NCBI GenBank assembly: GCA_963793305.1
Contig: CAWBZV010000002.1
Location: 64,001-128,000 of the forward strand
Direction of reading: 5' to 3'
DNA from: an uncultured Gemmatimonadales bacterium
GTDB taxonomy: Bacteria > Gemmatimonadota > Gemmatimonadetes > Gemmatimonadales > Gemmatimonadaceae
DNA: 64,000 bases
Part shown: positions 27,614-40,317 of the stretch, one piece after another
How positions within the stretch are numbered: position 1 is the first letter of the stretch
Layout of the letters: each line of letters begins with the position of its first letter
Position numbers and translations under genes: made by a program
Notes under the pieces: model-generated
Told to the model about the DNA's origin: nothing
The model's database searches: none
Seen by the model: the letters and a program-made list of their open reading frames with translations, nothing else

Positions 27614-28599
27614 CGCAGCCCGTCTACTTCGTACTCCTCCCAGGCACGCTGCTGGTCGATCTCGCCGGGCCGGCGGACGCCGTGCGTCTCGCGAATCGCT
27701 ATCAGCGTACCGTGCGATTCACGTCGACGTTCGTCGGTCCGACGCCGTCGGTGACCTCGTCGGTCGGCATTGATCTCGCTGGCCTCGGTCCGTTACCCAC
27801 CGACGTTCCGAGTAGCGCGATGATCGTGGTGTGCGGCACGGTCACGGACATGTCTTCACGGACAGCCAGACTCACGGTGGCGAACTGGATCCGTCGCGTC
27901 GCCCGGCCGTCGCACAAGCTCGTATTTATCTGTGCGGGCGCTCTCGTTGCGGCGGATGCGGGCTTACTCGACGGCCGCGCGTGCACGACGCACCATGAAG
28001 ATTGCGACGAGCTACGGCATCTCGCGCCGAAGGCGCGGGTGCTCGATAACAGACTCTACGTGTCCGATGGCAACGTATACACGAGCGCAGGTGTGACGGC
28101 GGGCCTCGACCTGATGTTGGCGCTCATCGCCGACATCGCCGGACCGAAGTGTTCCGTCGGCATCGCCCGCCACATGGTGGTCTATGCGCGACGCACAGGC
28201 GCTGATCCGCAACTGTCGCCTTGGTTAGAGGGAAGAAACCACATCCACCCCGGCCTCCATCGCGTGCAGGACGCGATCGCGGCCGACCCCGCGCGCGCGT
28301 GGACGGCCGCCGCGCTGGCGGCCGTCGCCCACACGAGCGCGCGTCACCTCACCCGGCTGTTCCAGTCACACACCGCGATGAGCCCACTGGACTACGTGCA
28401 TCTCCTGCGCGTTGCCCTCGCCCGTGAGCTGCTGACCAACTCGACGCTCGATCTCGAGCGCGTGGCCGAGCGTTCGGGATTCGCTTCCAGCCGCCAGTTG
28501 CGCCGCGTCTGGAACAAGTACAACGCGCTGCCACCGGGCCAGTCCCGTCAGACTTTCGGCCACAGCCAGCCGAAGGTGCCGGCCGTCACACACCCATAG
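27610..28599 (+). CDS. GlxA-family AraC regulator (DJ-1/PfpI plus HTH)
   Basis: ICAGA, GLLDGRACTTHH, TSAGVTAGLDL, SARHLTRLF, VAERSGF; GTGA overlap. Confidence 0.9.
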   Translation: MTQPVYFVLLPGTLLVDLAGPADAVRLANRYQRTVRFTSTFVGPTPSVTSSVGIDLAGLGPLPTDVPSSAMIVVCGTVTDMSSRTARLTVANWIRRVARPSHKLVFICAGALVAADAGLLDGRACTTHHEDCDELRHLAPKARVLDNRLYVSDGNVYTSAGVTAGLDLMLALIADIAGPKCSVGIARHMVVYARRTGADPQLSPWLEGRNHIHPGLHRVQDAIAADPARAWTAAALAAVAHTSARHLTRLFQSHTAMSPLDYVHLLRVALARELLTNSTLDLERVAERSGFASSRQLRRVWNKYNALPPGQSRQTFGHSQPKVPAVTHP

Positions 28600-29111
28600 A
28601 TGAGACCATCGATAATGTCTTTGGTGGTCACCGCCCACGGCTCGCCCTGCCAGATCGCGCTCTGGGCTCTGGCGCCCGCGTAGGCCAGGAAGGCGACCGC
28701 CCCGACGACGCGGAACACGGCGAGATACGGCGTGCCCGGCGCGACCGTGTGCGCGGCGATGTACGCCACGAAGAACGACACCACGAGGAGGTAGGTGAAC
28801 CACTGCCCGAGCAGGGGGCCGATGCTCGGCATGCCCGGCTTGCGCAAGAACGCCAGTCCCACGGGTCCCTGCTTGAACTTCTCGATCAACGCCGGATCCT
28901 TCATCGCATTGGGTCCCAATGCGTAGAGCAAGAGATACTGGCCAGGCGCCGGATTGCCTTTCTGAATCGCCGCGCGCACTTCGTCTTCGTTCGGAAATTT
29001 GTGGTAATCCGCATTATGGTACTTCAGCACCATATGCAGGATCGAGCTGGCCACGAACACCAGAACCGCTGACACGACGATCGGCATCCACAGCGAGACA
29101 AGTGGTACCAT
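28548..29111 (-). CDS. Conserved hypothetical membrane protein
   Basis: MVPLVSLWMPIVVSAVLVFVASSILHM; four TM segments; GAGGA RBS. Confidence 0.75.
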   Translation of the reverse strand: MVPLVSLWMPIVVSAVLVFVASSILHMVLKYHNADYHKFPNEDEVRAAIQKGNPAPGQYLLLYALGPNAMKDPALIEKFKQGPVGLAFLRKPGMPSIGPLLGQWFTYLLVVSFFVAYIAAHTVAPGTPYLAVFRVVGAVAFLAYAGARAQSAIWQGEPWAVTTKDIIDGLIYGCVTAGTFGWLWPKV

Positions 29112-29793
29112 GACGTCCTCCGGGTTGATAGACATCGGCATCATCGGCGCCGGTCGATTCGGCACATACTTCGCCGGGCAACTGGAGCGCGTCGGCTATC
29201 GGGTAGCGCTCGGCAACCCGACGGCGCCCTTGGTGATGTTCGCCGTCCCGATCCGCAGCCTACAGCAGGCGCTTCTCGAACGCCGCGACGCACTCGGCCC
29301 CGACACGATCGTCGCCGACGTGTGCTCCGTCAAGATGATTCCGTGTGACGTGCTCACTCAGATGTTGCCGGGACGGCCCGTCGTCGGCACCCATCCGTTG
29401 TTTGGACCCGACTCGGCGCCCGTGAGCTGCGCCGGCCAACGCGCGGCGATCTGCGCGCTGCCCGGCGGCGAACGCGCCGCCGCGTGCGTCGAGGAGGTCT
29501 ATCGGCGCCTAGGGCTCACCATCGTGCGCTGCACGCCCGAAGAGCACGACGCCCAGGTCGCGCGGTCGCAGTTCTTGACTCACTACATCGGCCGCGGTGC
29601 CACGCGGGCCGGCATCGAACGCCTCGCGCTGTCGACACGGACGCACGAGGCGCTCATGGACATTGTCGATGTCGTCGGCCACGACACGATGGAATTGTTC
29701 GAGGACATGGCCGCGTTCAACCCCAAGGTTCCCGAGGTCCGAGCCGCGTTCTTGGCCGCGCTGTTAGAACTTGTACCCGAGAGTCGCCGATAG
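29110..29793 (+). CDS. tyrA: Prephenate/arogenate dehydrogenase-like protein
   Basis: GAGRFG, DVCSVK, GTHPLFGP, EEHD..VA.SQ.LTH; true start may be TTG at 29125. Confidence 0.82.
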   Translation: MTSSGLIDIGIIGAGRFGTYFAGQLERVGYRVALGNPTAPLVMFAVPIRSLQQALLERRDALGPDTIVADVCSVKMIPCDVLTQMLPGRPVVGTHPLFGPDSAPVSCAGQRAAICALPGGERAAACVEEVYRRLGLTIVRCTPEEHDAQVARSQFLTHYIGRGATRAGIERLALSTRTHEALMDIVDVVGHDTMELFEDMAAFNPKVPEVRAAFLAALLELVPESRR

Positions 29794-30663
29794 CCAGCTC
29801 AGCGCCGCGAGCAAGATGATGAACGTGCCGAGCGTCGAGGGGTCACGCTCGGTTGGCGCGTTTTTCTGGAACGCCCGCCAGATGGCGATCACGCCGGGCA
29901 GCAGGATGAAACGCTGCTGCGTGAGCCAGAAGACGACCCCGATCACGATGATGATGAGCCACCGTTCCTCTCGCGAGAGAGCATTGAACCCGCGGCCGCC
30001 GTCGAGCTGCCAGATCGGTGTGAGGTTGAACAGGTTCATGAGCGCCGTGAACCCGGCGATCTGCCCCCAGACCGGCGCTTTCGTTGCCAGGAACAGGCCA
30101 TAGGTGGCGACTGCGGCGCCGAGTCCCCACATCGGCCCGGCGAGTCCCACGTGCGCGTCCGCGTGCGGCGTAGATGGCGACTGCTTGAGGATCACTACGG
30201 CACCCAAGCCCGGGATGAATAGCGGAGGGCTCGCCGGAAGGCCGAGCTGTCGCAGCACGTACACGTGACCCATCTCGTGGATGTAGATGCAGACGATGAT
30301 GCCGAGCGCGACCTGCCACTTGCTAAAGAGCGCGATGTAGAACAGAAAGGACACGAACGCCGACACCACGGTCCTTCGCTCTCCGAGGCCCAGGATCAGC
30401 ATCTGGGCCTTGCCCGGAGTCGAGCGGCGCGTCAGGTCGGCGATACGCGCCTCGATCACCTTGAACTGCTCGCTCTCAGGCGGCAGAAGAGCGAGCGCCG
30501 CCTGCCACTTCTCCATGGCCGGCGTGAGCGCACCGGCGTTCTCCGCCGACTCGGCCTCGCTCGCGAGCTGCTTCAGCCGCTCGGCGTGCACGAGCGCGTG
30601 GCAACTCGGGCAGCTGAGCAACGCCGGCGCCAGCTCCGTATCACACCGCGCGCACGTGGTCAC
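29764..30663 (-). CDS. Site-2 protease (M50) with N-terminal zinc ribbon
   Basis: CARC/CPSC; HEMGH, LAGP, NLFNLTPIWQLDGGR. Confidence 0.9.
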   Translation of the reverse strand: MTTCARCDTELAPALLSCPSCHALVHAERLKQLASEAESAENAGALTPAMEKWQAALALLPPESEQFKVIEARIADLTRRSTPGKAQMLILGLGERRTVVSAFVSFLFYIALFSKWQVALGIIVCIYIHEMGHVYVLRQLGLPASPPLFIPGLGAVVILKQSPSTPHADAHVGLAGPMWGLGAAVATYGLFLATKAPVWGQIAGFTALMNLFNLTPIWQLDGGRGFNALSREERWLIIIVIGVVFWLTQQRFILLPGVIAIWRAFQKNAPTERDPSTLGTFIILLAALSWLSATLGYKF

Positions 30664-31253
30664 GCCTGTGCGGTGAACCGAAATGGGCCCTGAAACGCCG
30701 GTCGACCGGGGTCACGGTTCATGTACCAGGCCTGCCGCAATCCGACCGCGATGATGATCGCGGTGAGGATAGACGACGGCAGGTCGCCGACGCTCTCGAT
30801 GATCGGCAAGGTGATCACGGTCTGGAGTGTCACCGTCCCGCCGAGCTTGACCAGCTCGGCCGTCATGCCCACCGCGATGCCCAGATAGGTCAGTATGAGC
30901 GCGATGATCTGGAATGGCCGGCCGCGCTGGCCACCCGCGCCGAGTTGCATGGCTCGTCCAACGAGCCAGCCGACGGCAATCGCCACCAGTCCGATCTCAG
31001 CATGAATCAACGCCAGGACGCCGTAGTACACGGCCGCGCCGGCAATCGCGCCGCCGATGCCGAACACGGTCGCGCGAACGATGTGTGCCGGCGTCGTGAC
31101 CGGCCGTGGCGTAGTCTCGATCCGCGTTTTGCAACTCTCGCAGACGATCGCCTTGCCGGCCGTGTAGTACGAGTCCCCGATCGGCCGCTTGCACGCGACA
31201 CAATTACTGGCCGGCGTTCCCGAGGGAACCGCCGTATCGAACTGAAGCGCCAT
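30660..31253 (-). CDS. Hypothetical membrane protein with N-terminal CxxC...CxxC
   Basis: CVAC/CESC then four TM segments; overlaps the S2P start by 4 nt. Confidence 0.75.
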   Translation of the reverse strand: MALQFDTAVPSGTPASNCVACKRPIGDSYYTAGKAIVCESCKTRIETTPRPVTTPAHIVRATVFGIGGAIAGAAVYYGVLALIHAEIGLVAIAVGWLVGRAMQLGAGGQRGRPFQIIALILTYLGIAVGMTAELVKLGGTVTLQTVITLPIIESVGDLPSSILTAIIIAVGLRQAWYMNRDPGRPAFQGPFRFTAQA

Positions 31254-31262
31254 GTTGGAAAG

Positions 31263-33569
31263 TTACTGCATTTGTTCCAACAGTGCTGTCAGCGCGTCGA
31301 ACTCGAAAGGTTTCTCCAGGAACGGCTTCCCGGACCGCGCGCGGAACGACACGACGGTGTCGGAAATCGTCTCGCCGGTGGAGATGATGAGCCGCGCGCA
31401 GAGGTCCGGACGCGCGGCGGCGAGCGTGTCGTGGAGCTGAATACCGGTGACATCCGGCATCGTGAGGTCGGTGATCACCGCGCGATATCGGTCCGGGGGC
31501 GCCGTGAGCAGCATCGCCAGCGCCGCGCGGCCACTCTCCGCTTCCTCGACGCGCCATCCGCTGCGCTCGAGAAAGAGCCGGAGCGCCGCTCGGATCGACT
31601 CCTCATCGTCGATCACCATCACCGTCCCGGTTCTGACCCGCGTCGCGGCTGCGTTCCCGTTCGTGCGCGCCGCTCGCCCGCGAACCTCGGCCGCGGCCGC
31701 CGTTTGATCCGAGTGTACCGGGAGGTCGAACGTGAAACGGGCGCCGCCTCCCGGGAGATTCTCGGCCGCGAGCTGTCCGCCGTGCTGCTGGACGATGCCA
31801 AGCGAGACCGAGAGGCCGAGCCCTGTTCCCTTGCCAGGTCCCTTCGTCGTGAAGAACGGCTCGAAGATCCGCGGCAGGACATTGTCGGAAATCCCTGGTC
31901 CCGAATCGTTCACCGAGAGACGAACGTGGTCGCCGGCGCTCGTGACGATGACCTCGACGGTCCCGCCCGCGCCAGCGGCTTGTGCGCCGTTGACGATGAG
32001 ATTCGTGAGGACTTGCTCGATGCCGACTTCGTCGATCAGGACGTATGGGATCTCCTCCGTCTGAAACTCGACCGACACGATCGCGCCGGTCTCGGCTTCC
32101 ACCGGAGCGACAGCCTCCTCGGCATGGCGGACCACATCCCGGATATCCGCGGCCTCCTCGTTCTGCGTGCGGGCGCGCACGAACGACAGCAGGTCCCGCA
32201 CGATGGCTCGCGCGCGGCGCGCTTGGGTCGCCACCGAGAGCAGCATCTCGCGATCGGCGGCCGATTGCGTATCCTCGTTCAGGAGGTTCTCGGCGAAATG
32301 CAAGATCGCGGCGAGCGGGTTGTTCAACTCGTGCGCGACGCCCGAGACGACTCGGCCGACCGCCGAGAGCTTCTCGGACTGGACGAGTTTCGCTTCATCA
32401 TCTCGGACGCGGGCGGCCATCGTGTCGAATTGGCGCGTGAGCGCGGTGATCTCGTCGTTCCCTATGGCGGCGACGGCCGCGACGTTGCGCTCGCCCCGGG
32501 CCATCGCGCCCGTCGCGTGCTGCAGCCGCCGCAACGGATCGACGAGGCTGCGGGCGAACAGGAACGCGATGAGAAAGGCAACCGTCAGCGCCGCGAGACA
32601 CAAAGCGATCGCGCTCGTGGACGACTTCAGGAGCGGCTGTCCGTAGTCGAGCAACGGCGATACGGCGACCAGCAACACGCCGTTGGCGCGGCGGAACGCA
32701 ACGACGCGGTGTCGGTCGAACCGGCTGACGAACCATCCCGACGTGCCACGCATCAGCGAGTCGGACGCGTCGAGCATCACCTCGCCCACGCGCACGACGG
32801 TCGCTTGCCGTGTGCGGCTGAAGGGAACGGGTACGCCAGCGTGCGTGGGAGTGACGCTCCGCACCACATACATCATAGTATGGGCGCCGAACCCGGGCAT
32901 GGGCGTGATCGAATCGGCCGGCGATTGCGCCGGCAGCGCTCGGAGGAGCGCGGCGCCGCGAGTCTCTTCCAGATAGCGCTGCTGCTCCGTGCGCCCAATG
33001 AGCAAGACCGGCATCGCGGCGCCAAGCGCGATCGTGCACGTGATGTAGCGGATTTTCTTGGCCAGTGTGTGCCGGATCGGCTCCGCCGAAGCCGCGAGTC
33101 GCGCTTCGTCAGTCAGCCTCAGCGAGCGCACGGCCTGCTCGGCTTCCAAGAAGAGCACAGCGCCGAGCATCGCGCCCAGGAGCGCGCCTTGGACACAGAT
33201 CCTGACGTCTTCCAGATAGGGGAGGTGGGCGAACGCGATGAGCTGGCCTGCGCCGAGGGCGTATCCAAGCGTGCTCGTGACGATCGCACAGATCGCCACG
33301 AATCGAGGGTAGAGGGAGATCGAGCGGACGGAGTCGATGCGGCGCCAGCGCAGCCATGGAATGAGAACGACGCCGGTCCAGCCGACGAGGGGTACTTCCC
33401 ATGCGTAGCAGGTGACGATCCAAGCGAGCTGGTGCCGATTGGTTAGCCACCAGAGGTTCGACAGCGCGATGCCGAACCCCCACCAGCAGAGGCTCGACAG
33501 GACCAGCATGCGGCCAGCGAGTCGCCGACCGCACGTGTTGAATGCCTCGGCGTTCGAGACGACACGCAT
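31263..33569 (-). CDS. Hybrid sensor histidine kinase (TM-HAMP-HisKA-HATPase-REC)
   Basis: HELNNPL, NLIVNG, DSGPG, FEPFFTTK, GTGLGL, VIDDE, TDLTMP, KPF. Confidence 0.92.
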   Translation of the reverse strand: MRVVSNAEAFNTCGRRLAGRMLVLSSLCWWGFGIALSNLWWLTNRHQLAWIVTCYAWEVPLVGWTGVVLIPWLRWRRIDSVRSISLYPRFVAICAIVTSTLGYALGAGQLIAFAHLPYLEDVRICVQGALLGAMLGAVLFLEAEQAVRSLRLTDEARLAASAEPIRHTLAKKIRYITCTIALGAAMPVLLIGRTEQQRYLEETRGAALLRALPAQSPADSITPMPGFGAHTMMYVVRSVTPTHAGVPVPFSRTRQATVVRVGEVMLDASDSLMRGTSGWFVSRFDRHRVVAFRRANGVLLVAVSPLLDYGQPLLKSSTSAIALCLAALTVAFLIAFLFARSLVDPLRRLQHATGAMARGERNVAAVAAIGNDEITALTRQFDTMAARVRDDEAKLVQSEKLSAVGRVVSGVAHELNNPLAAILHFAENLLNEDTQSAADREMLLSVATQARRARAIVRDLLSFVRARTQNEEAADIRDVVRHAEEAVAPVEAETGAIVSVEFQTEEIPYVLIDEVGIEQVLTNLIVNGAQAAGAGGTVEVIVTSAGDHVRLSVNDSGPGISDNVLPRIFEPFFTTKGPGKGTGLGLSVSLGIVQQHGGQLAAENLPGGGARFTFDLPVHSDQTAAAAEVRGRAARTNGNAAATRVRTGTVMVIDDEESIRAALRLFLERSGWRVEEAESGRAALAMLLTAPPDRYRAVITDLTMPDVTGIQLHDTLAAARPDLCARLIISTGETISDTVVSFRARSGKPFLEKPFEFDALTALLEQMQ

Positions 33570-33645
33570 GGAGGCGAGTAGGAGAGTCCGAAGTCAGGCG
33601 TTTGTCAACGAACAGCAAAAGCTGCAACGGGATAGACGCCACGCC

Positions 33646-33651
33646 TATAAT
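33646..33651 (+). promoter_or_regulatory. -10 box TATAAT for probable leaderless tag transcript
   Basis: Consensus TATAAT with 6 nt before ATG 33658 and no SD. Confidence 0.6.
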
Positions 33652-33657
33652 TGACCC

Positions 33658-34233
33658 ATGGATCTCGTGCGCTGTCCCTGGGCGAAGAGCGATCAGATGA
33701 TCGCTTACCACGACAAAGAGTGGGGCGTACCGGTGCACGACGACCGGGTGCACTTCGAGTTCTTGATCTTAGAAGGCGCCCAGGCCGGCCTCACGTGGGA
33801 GTTGATCTTGAAGCGACGTGATGGCTATCGAAAGGCGTTCGCCGAGTTCGACGCCGCGAAAGTCGCGCGCTACACGCCCGCGCGTCTGGCGAAGATCCTG
33901 ACCGATCCGGGGGTCATACGCAATCGCCAAAAAATCGCCTCGGCCGTCACGAACGCGAAGGCATTTCTGGCGATTCAGAAAGAATTTGGATCGTTCGACG
34001 CCTATGTCTGGCGCTTCGTGGATGGCCATCCGATCGACGGGCGGCGAAAGGCAATAGGAGACGTACCCGCGAAGACGCCAGCGTCTGACGCCCTGTCGAA
34101 GGATCTGAAAAAGCGCGGGTTTTCGTTCGTCGGGTCGACGATCTGCTACGCCCACATGCAGGCGACGGGCCTGGTGAACGACCACCTGGTGCGCTGCTTT
34201 CGCCACGCACCAGACGGTCCCCGGGGGCGTTAG
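33658..34233 (+). CDS. tag: DNA-3-methyladenine glycosylase I
   Basis: [38 protein letters not shown]. Confidence 0.96.
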   Translation: MDLVRCPWAKSDQMIAYHDKEWGVPVHDDRVHFEFLILEGAQAGLTWELILKRRDGYRKAFAEFDAAKVARYTPARLAKILTDPGVIRNRQKIASAVTNAKAFLAIQKEFGSFDAYVWRFVDGHPIDGRRKAIGDVPAKTPASDALSKDLKKRGFSFVGSTICYAHMQATGLVNDHLVRCFRHAPDGPRGR

Positions 34234-34442
34234 CGCCCCAGCTTCGTTACGTTCTCGGCCGCGGGCCCTTTCGCGCCCTGGACCACGTCGAACTCCACGC
34301 GTTCACCTTCAGCGAGCGACTTGAAGCCGCTGCCCTTGATCGCGGAGTGATGAACGAAACAATCCTTCTGGCCGCCCTCGGGCGTGATAAACCCAAAACC
34401 CTTGGCGTCGTTGAACCACTTGACCGTGCCGGTCGTACGCAT
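34230..34442 (-). CDS. cspA: Cold-shock protein
   Basis: [30 protein letters not shown]. Confidence 0.95.
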   Translation of the reverse strand: MRTTGTVKWFNDAKGFGFITPEGGQKDCFVHHSAIKGSGFKSLAEGERVEFDVVQGAKGPAAENVTKLGR

Positions 34443-34510
34443 TTGTTCGGTACCTAATACTGAGTGTTGTCGGACATGAGCGAAAATCAGCCCAAAAGGT
34501 AATTTGTTCC

Positions 34511-35269
34511 ATGATCGATCTCAACCAAAAAGTGGTGCTCGTCACGGGCGGATCGCGCGGCATTGGCGCGTATATCGTGCGGACGTTGGCCCAAGCGGGC
34601 GCCCAAGTGGTGCTCCATTACAGCGCGAGCGGGACGCAGGCCGAGCAGATCGTCGCCGACCTCGGAACCGACCGCGTCGTCTCCGTGCGCACGCCGCTCG
34701 ATGCGGATGGTGCCGGCACCCAGCTGTGGTCCGACGCGGTTGCGTGGCGTGGACATATCGACGTCCTCGTGAACAATGCCGGCGTCGCGATCGAGGCCAG
34801 CATCGACGATTCGCTCGACGCCTGGCGCGCGGCGTGGGACACCACGTGGCGCGTCAACGTGGTTGCCCTCGCCGATCTCTGCCGGGAGGCGATTCTGCAT
34901 TTTCGTGGACGCGGCGGAGGAACGATTATCAACGTCTCGAGCCGCGCCGCGTTCCGTGGAGACTCGCCGCATTACATGCACTACGCGGCCTCGAAGGGCG
35001 CCGTCGTCGCGCTCACCAAGAGCATCGCGAGAGGCTATGCCCGTGACGGCGTGCTGGCCTACGGGGTCGCGCCGGGGTGGGTCGCGACGGATATGGCGCG
35101 GCAGTCTATCCAGATGGTCGGGCTGGAGAAGCTGGTGCAGGACATTCCCATGGGAACGATGGCGCCTCCCCAGGACGTCGCGAACGTCGTGGCCTTTCTG
35201 GCGTCGGGACTTGCGCCACACGCCACAGGGACAACGATCGACATCAACGGGGCTTCGTACGTACGCTGA
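34511..35269 (+). CDS. SDR family oxidoreductase
   Basis: [17 protein letters not shown]. Confidence 0.93.
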   Translation: MIDLNQKVVLVTGGSRGIGAYIVRTLAQAGAQVVLHYSASGTQAEQIVADLGTDRVVSVRTPLDADGAGTQLWSDAVAWRGHIDVLVNNAGVAIEASIDDSLDAWRAAWDTTWRVNVVALADLCREAILHFRGRGGGTIINVSSRAAFRGDSPHYMHYAASKGAVVALTKSIARGYARDGVLAYGVAPGWVATDMARQSIQMVGLEKLVQDIPMGTMAPPQDVANVVAFLASGLAPHATGTTIDINGASYVR

Positions 35270-35272
35270 GTT

Positions 35273-35310
35273 GGGGGGTCCGGGGGGCGTCGTTGGGGTT
35301 TGCCCCCCGG
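35273..35310. repeat. G/C-rich REP-like hairpin
   Basis: CCGGGGGGC (35280-35288) pairs with GCCCCCCGG (35302-35310), just after the SDR stop. Confidence 0.4.
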
Positions 35311-35437
35311 AGGAGAACCGACCAGTCGAGCAGCGCAAAGCGCTGCATCGACGCGCCGCGGAGCGGCGCCTTGCGGCGACCTCGGCTTGTGATAATTTTC
35401 ACAAGCTGTACCCCGACTCTTCAGCCCCCGACTCGAT

Positions 35438-37001
35438 ATGGCCTCCGATACAACGCTCCGTCCTGGTGAGATCAAGGACATTCTCCTCCGCGAAATCGAG
35501 GCGGCCGACCTGCATGAGCTCGACGTTGAGGAGGTTGGTAGCGTACTGGAGGTGAAGGACGGCATCGCCCGCATCTATGGTTTGGAGAAGGCGATGTCTG
35601 GCGAGATGCTCGAGATCACGGCGTCCGAGAGCGGCGAGGTGATCACCGCGCTGGCGCTGAACCTGGAAGAGGACAATATCGGCGCGGTCATCCTCGGGAA
35701 CTACCTCGTGCTTCGCGAGGGCGACGAGGTGCGCCGCACGTCCCGCGTGCTCGAAGTTCCGGTCGGACCCGAGATGGTCGGCCGCGTCGTCGACGCCCTG
35801 GGCCGGCCCCTCGACGGACTCGGTGCGATCAACACGAAATTCTCGCGGAAGGTCGAGTCCGACGCCCCTGGCATCATCGTTCGCCAACCGGTCAAAGAGC
35901 CGTTGCAGACCGGTATCAAGGCCGTCGACTCCATGATCCCGATCGGTCGCGGCCAGCGCGAGCTCATCATCGGCGACCGCGGCATCGGTAAGACGGCGAT
36001 CGCGATCGACACGATTATCAACCAGAAAGGCACGGGCGTCATCTGCGTCTACGTCGCCATCGGCCAGAAAGCCTCCACGGTCCGCGCCGTGGAAGCCAAG
36101 CTTCGCGAGACGGGGGCGATGGAGTACACGATCATCGTCAACGCGTCCGCCTCCGACCCGGCGCCGATGCAGTACATCGCGCCGTACTCGGGGTGCGCGA
36201 TGGCCGAGTACTTCATGTATTACGAGGGGAAGCCGACGCTGTGCGTGTACGATGACCTGTCGAAGCAAGCGCAGGCCTATCGTTCCCTCTCACTCGTGTT
36301 GCGTCGTCCGCCTGGCCGCGAAGCGTATCCGGGCGACGTGTTCTATCTCCACTCGCGCTTGCTCGAGCGCGCCGCGAAGCTCTCGGATGATCCGACGATC
36401 GTCGACAATAAAACGATCTTCAAGACCGGCGGTTCGCTCACCGCGCTCCCGATCATCGAGACGCAAGCGGGCGACGTCTCGGCCTATATCCCGACGAACG
36501 TCATCTCGATTACCGACGGCCAGATATTTTTGGACTCTGACCTCTTCTTCGCCAACGTGCGTCCGGCGATCAACGTCGGTATCTCGGTTTCTCGCGTGGG
36601 TGGCTCGGCGCAGATCAAAGCCATGAAGGCGGTTGCCGGACGACTGCGGCTCGATCTCGCCCAGTACCGTGAGCTCGAGGCCTTCTCGGCGTTCGCGTCG
36701 GATCTCGACGCCACGACGCGCCGTCAACTGGACCGCGGTGCACGCACCGTCGAGATCCTCAAGCAACCGCAGTACCGGCCGATGCCGGTCGCCCAACAGG
36801 TCATGTCGATCTTTGCGGTGACCCAGGGACTGCTCGATAGCATTCCCGTGGCGAACATCAGGGATTGGGAAACCAAGTTCCATCCGTACATGGCCGCTCA
36901 GTTCCCCCAGGTCGCCGATCGGATTACGAAAGAAAAAGCGATCTCCAAGGAGACCGAGGCCGATCTGAGACGGGGCATCGAGACGTTTACCAAGCAATTC
37001 C

Positions 37002-37009
<8 letters not shown>
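35438..37009 (+). CDS. atpA: F1 ATP synthase subunit alpha
   Basis: [41 protein letters not shown]. Confidence 0.98.
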
Positions 37010-39302
<2,293 letters not shown>

Positions 39303-39303
<1 letters not shown>

Positions 39304-39545
39304 TGCCACTGCACGTCTCGGTCGTGTCGCCGGAGCGTGTCGTCTTCGAGGGCGACGTCGAATCCGTCCGCGCGCCCGCGTTCGACGGCGATCTCGGCAT
39401 CCTGCCCCGTCACGCCCCGATGGTCACGCTGCTGGGAACCGGTACGCTCCGCTTGGGGAGCCACCGGTTCACCGTGCGGGGCGGCGTCTTGCAGGTGGTC
39501 GACGATCAGGTACGGGTCATCACCGATCACGCCGACGAAGCCTGA
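39303..39545 (+). CDS. atpC: F1 ATP synthase subunit epsilon (N-terminal domain only)
   Basis: VVSPE, GILPRHAP, GG..QV; 80 aa. Confidence 0.93.
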
Positions 39546-39658
39546 ACCACGCTCGCCTCGCGGCCGCGGCACGCAGTATGCCGCCACGTATGGGGTCCGG
39601 CCCTAAAATGACCAATATTCCCCCTAAGTCCCCCGGGGGATTTTCCGGAGAAATTTGC

Positions 39659-40315
39659 ATGATCGATCGTGTCCGTCTGGTTACGTGCTTGTTCGCCATT
39701 GTCCTGTGCGCGAGCGTCGCGAGCGAAGCGAGCGCGCAAGCGTGGAACTATCCCGAATTCCAAGCCCCTCGCGTCGTCAGCCGAGAATTCAACTTCGCCG
39801 TATTCTCGAGCGGTGACGGCGGCACCGGCCTGCTCGCGCAGTGGCGCGAAGGCATCGCCCCCGATTTCATCCTCGAGCTCGAGGGCGGCTTCACGAGCCC
39901 GCCACATCATCTTGACACCCACGGCCTGATCGGCGGCTCGATCGGTTACCAGTTGGCGCGTGAATCCAAGGACATTCCGCTCGACTTCCTGCTGACGGGA
40001 GGATTCTACGACGCGTTCGGCAGCCCGAACGAGTTCCGGATCCCGTTCGGGATCTCGATCGGCCATCGATTCCCGATCCAGGGGAGCGCCATGGCGATCA
40101 CCCCGTACATCGAACCACGGCTGTCGATCGACAATTCGCCGGGTAACACAAAGCTCGGCGTCGAGTTCGACATCGGTGGCAGCATGGAATTGACGCCGCA
40201 GATATCCGTACGACTGCTCGGCACGTTCGGCGGGTCGAACGCGATGCCAAATGACCCAGGTATCGGCTTCTCCGTGGCGTGGACGCCGCTCGGATTGACG
40301 GGGGCTCGGAAGTAG
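39659..40315 (+). CDS. Secreted small beta-barrel outer membrane protein, unknown function
   Basis: Signal peptide ending ASAQ; alternating hydrophobic strands. Confidence 0.65.
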   Translation: MIDRVRLVTCLFAIVLCASVASEASAQAWNYPEFQAPRVVSREFNFAVFSSGDGGTGLLAQWREGIAPDFILELEGGFTSPPHHLDTHGLIGGSIGYQLARESKDIPLDFLLTGGFYDAFGSPNEFRIPFGISIGHRFPIQGSAMAITPYIEPRLSIDNSPGNTKLGVEFDIGGSMELTPQISVRLLGTFGGSNAMPNDPGIGFSVAWTPLGLTGARK

Positions 40316-40317
40316 CG

